Both the position numbers and the translations under genes were made by a program. Shown piece after piece: positions 63,406-64,000 of a DNA stretch of 64,000 bases (the stretch's first letter is position 1; every line of letters starts with the position of its first letter). The notes beneath the pieces are model-generated. The model saw nothing but the letters and a program-made list of their open reading frames with translations. It was not told the DNA's origin and searched no databases. The DNA comes from Amoebidium appalachense (taxonomy: Eukaryota > Protista > Ichthyosporea): assembly GCA_963693365.1 (NCBI GenBank), contig CAVNZM010000010.1, positions 7,689,794 through 7,753,793 of the forward strand, given 5' to 3'.

Positions 63406-64000
63406 TGAAGCCAGGCTGCCCTAAGGGCACAACACAGCGCCCTGGGCATAAAACAGGCGGAGCTAGGGAGGGAGCTGGGCGCAAAAAAAAAGATGCTGCA
63501 TTTGTTCAGCCTTTAGCGAACTTTGCAGGTTTTGGGACGGCAAACAAAGCTGTTTTGCAGGAACTAAACGTAAACGTACAACCCGAACAGCCCCCTCTAT
63601 CTAAGGCCGCCGACATAAGGGCCCGTGTAGTTGAGGCAGGTAGCGTCCATTCGTTACCAAGAGAAATGGATCGGGCCCCTGCTCCACACCCACCAGACAT
63701 ACAGGTGCAACCCGACGAGGAACCTTTGCTAAATGCAGCAGCAGATGCGTACCGGGTAGACGAGGATGAAGGGGAGGAAGAGGGAGAAGATAATACGGAC
63801 GGGGATGACGGTGGAGAGGAGTTTTCTGACGCGGCGGGCGAAACAATCAAGTCGCACCTGCACACAGTGAAAGAGAGTCTCAAAGATGAGAAGACGCCTG
63901 TGGGGTGGCATCTTCCACCTCCCATTATAGGCTTTAAATTTGGGGGCGATCCAGCGCCTTTCTACAAACCCAGATGTTTTGCCTGGCTTCCGGAAAGGTT
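63406..64000 (+). CDS. Open ORF running off the window; possible DNA transposase N-terminus (DUF6729/Dada-like)
   Basis: ATG at 63406, no stop to 64000: MKPGCPKG..GGAREGAGRKKK, an acidic tract, then WHLPPP..PAPFYKPRCFAWLPE. It is missing from the supplied track because it has no stop in the window. The family call rests on motif memory only. Confidence 0.5.

Overview
Intron-rich eukaryotic DNA. The gene set (Alsin, KIF18-type kinesin-8, cyclophilin H) and intron style suggest a unicellular holozoan or other opisthokont, which is inference only. Genes read from spliced exons: the 3' part of an Alsin/ALS2 orthologue (RCC1-DH-PH-MORN-VPS9; +, <421-21994); a large Arg/Glu- and Pro-rich disordered protein with frame breaks (+, ~26028-29680); cyclophilin H (-, 31641-38372) head-to-head with a kinesin-8 (+, 38988-48581); and an intronless CAMK/SNF1-like kinase (-, 53252-54346). 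Mobile DNA includes a ~0.9 kb TIR element with a 9-bp TSD, a 5'-truncated non-LTR RT fragment and a putative transposase ORF running off the end. Introns are full of poly(C)/poly(G) tracts and CA/CT microsatellites, and most ORFs in the supplied track are artefacts of these. The most notable signal is a dispersed family of mostly 3'-coterminal, variably 5'-truncated elements ending in (T)AA+poly(C) rather than poly(A), carrying a covarying RNA structure. Alongside it is a ~55-bp micro-insertion family bounded by GGGGTTT, one copy of which has a 9-bp TSD. Together these suggest a retro-mobility system primed on G-rich ends. Exon coordinates were read by eye and may be off by a few bases; the assembly appears to have homopolymer indels.
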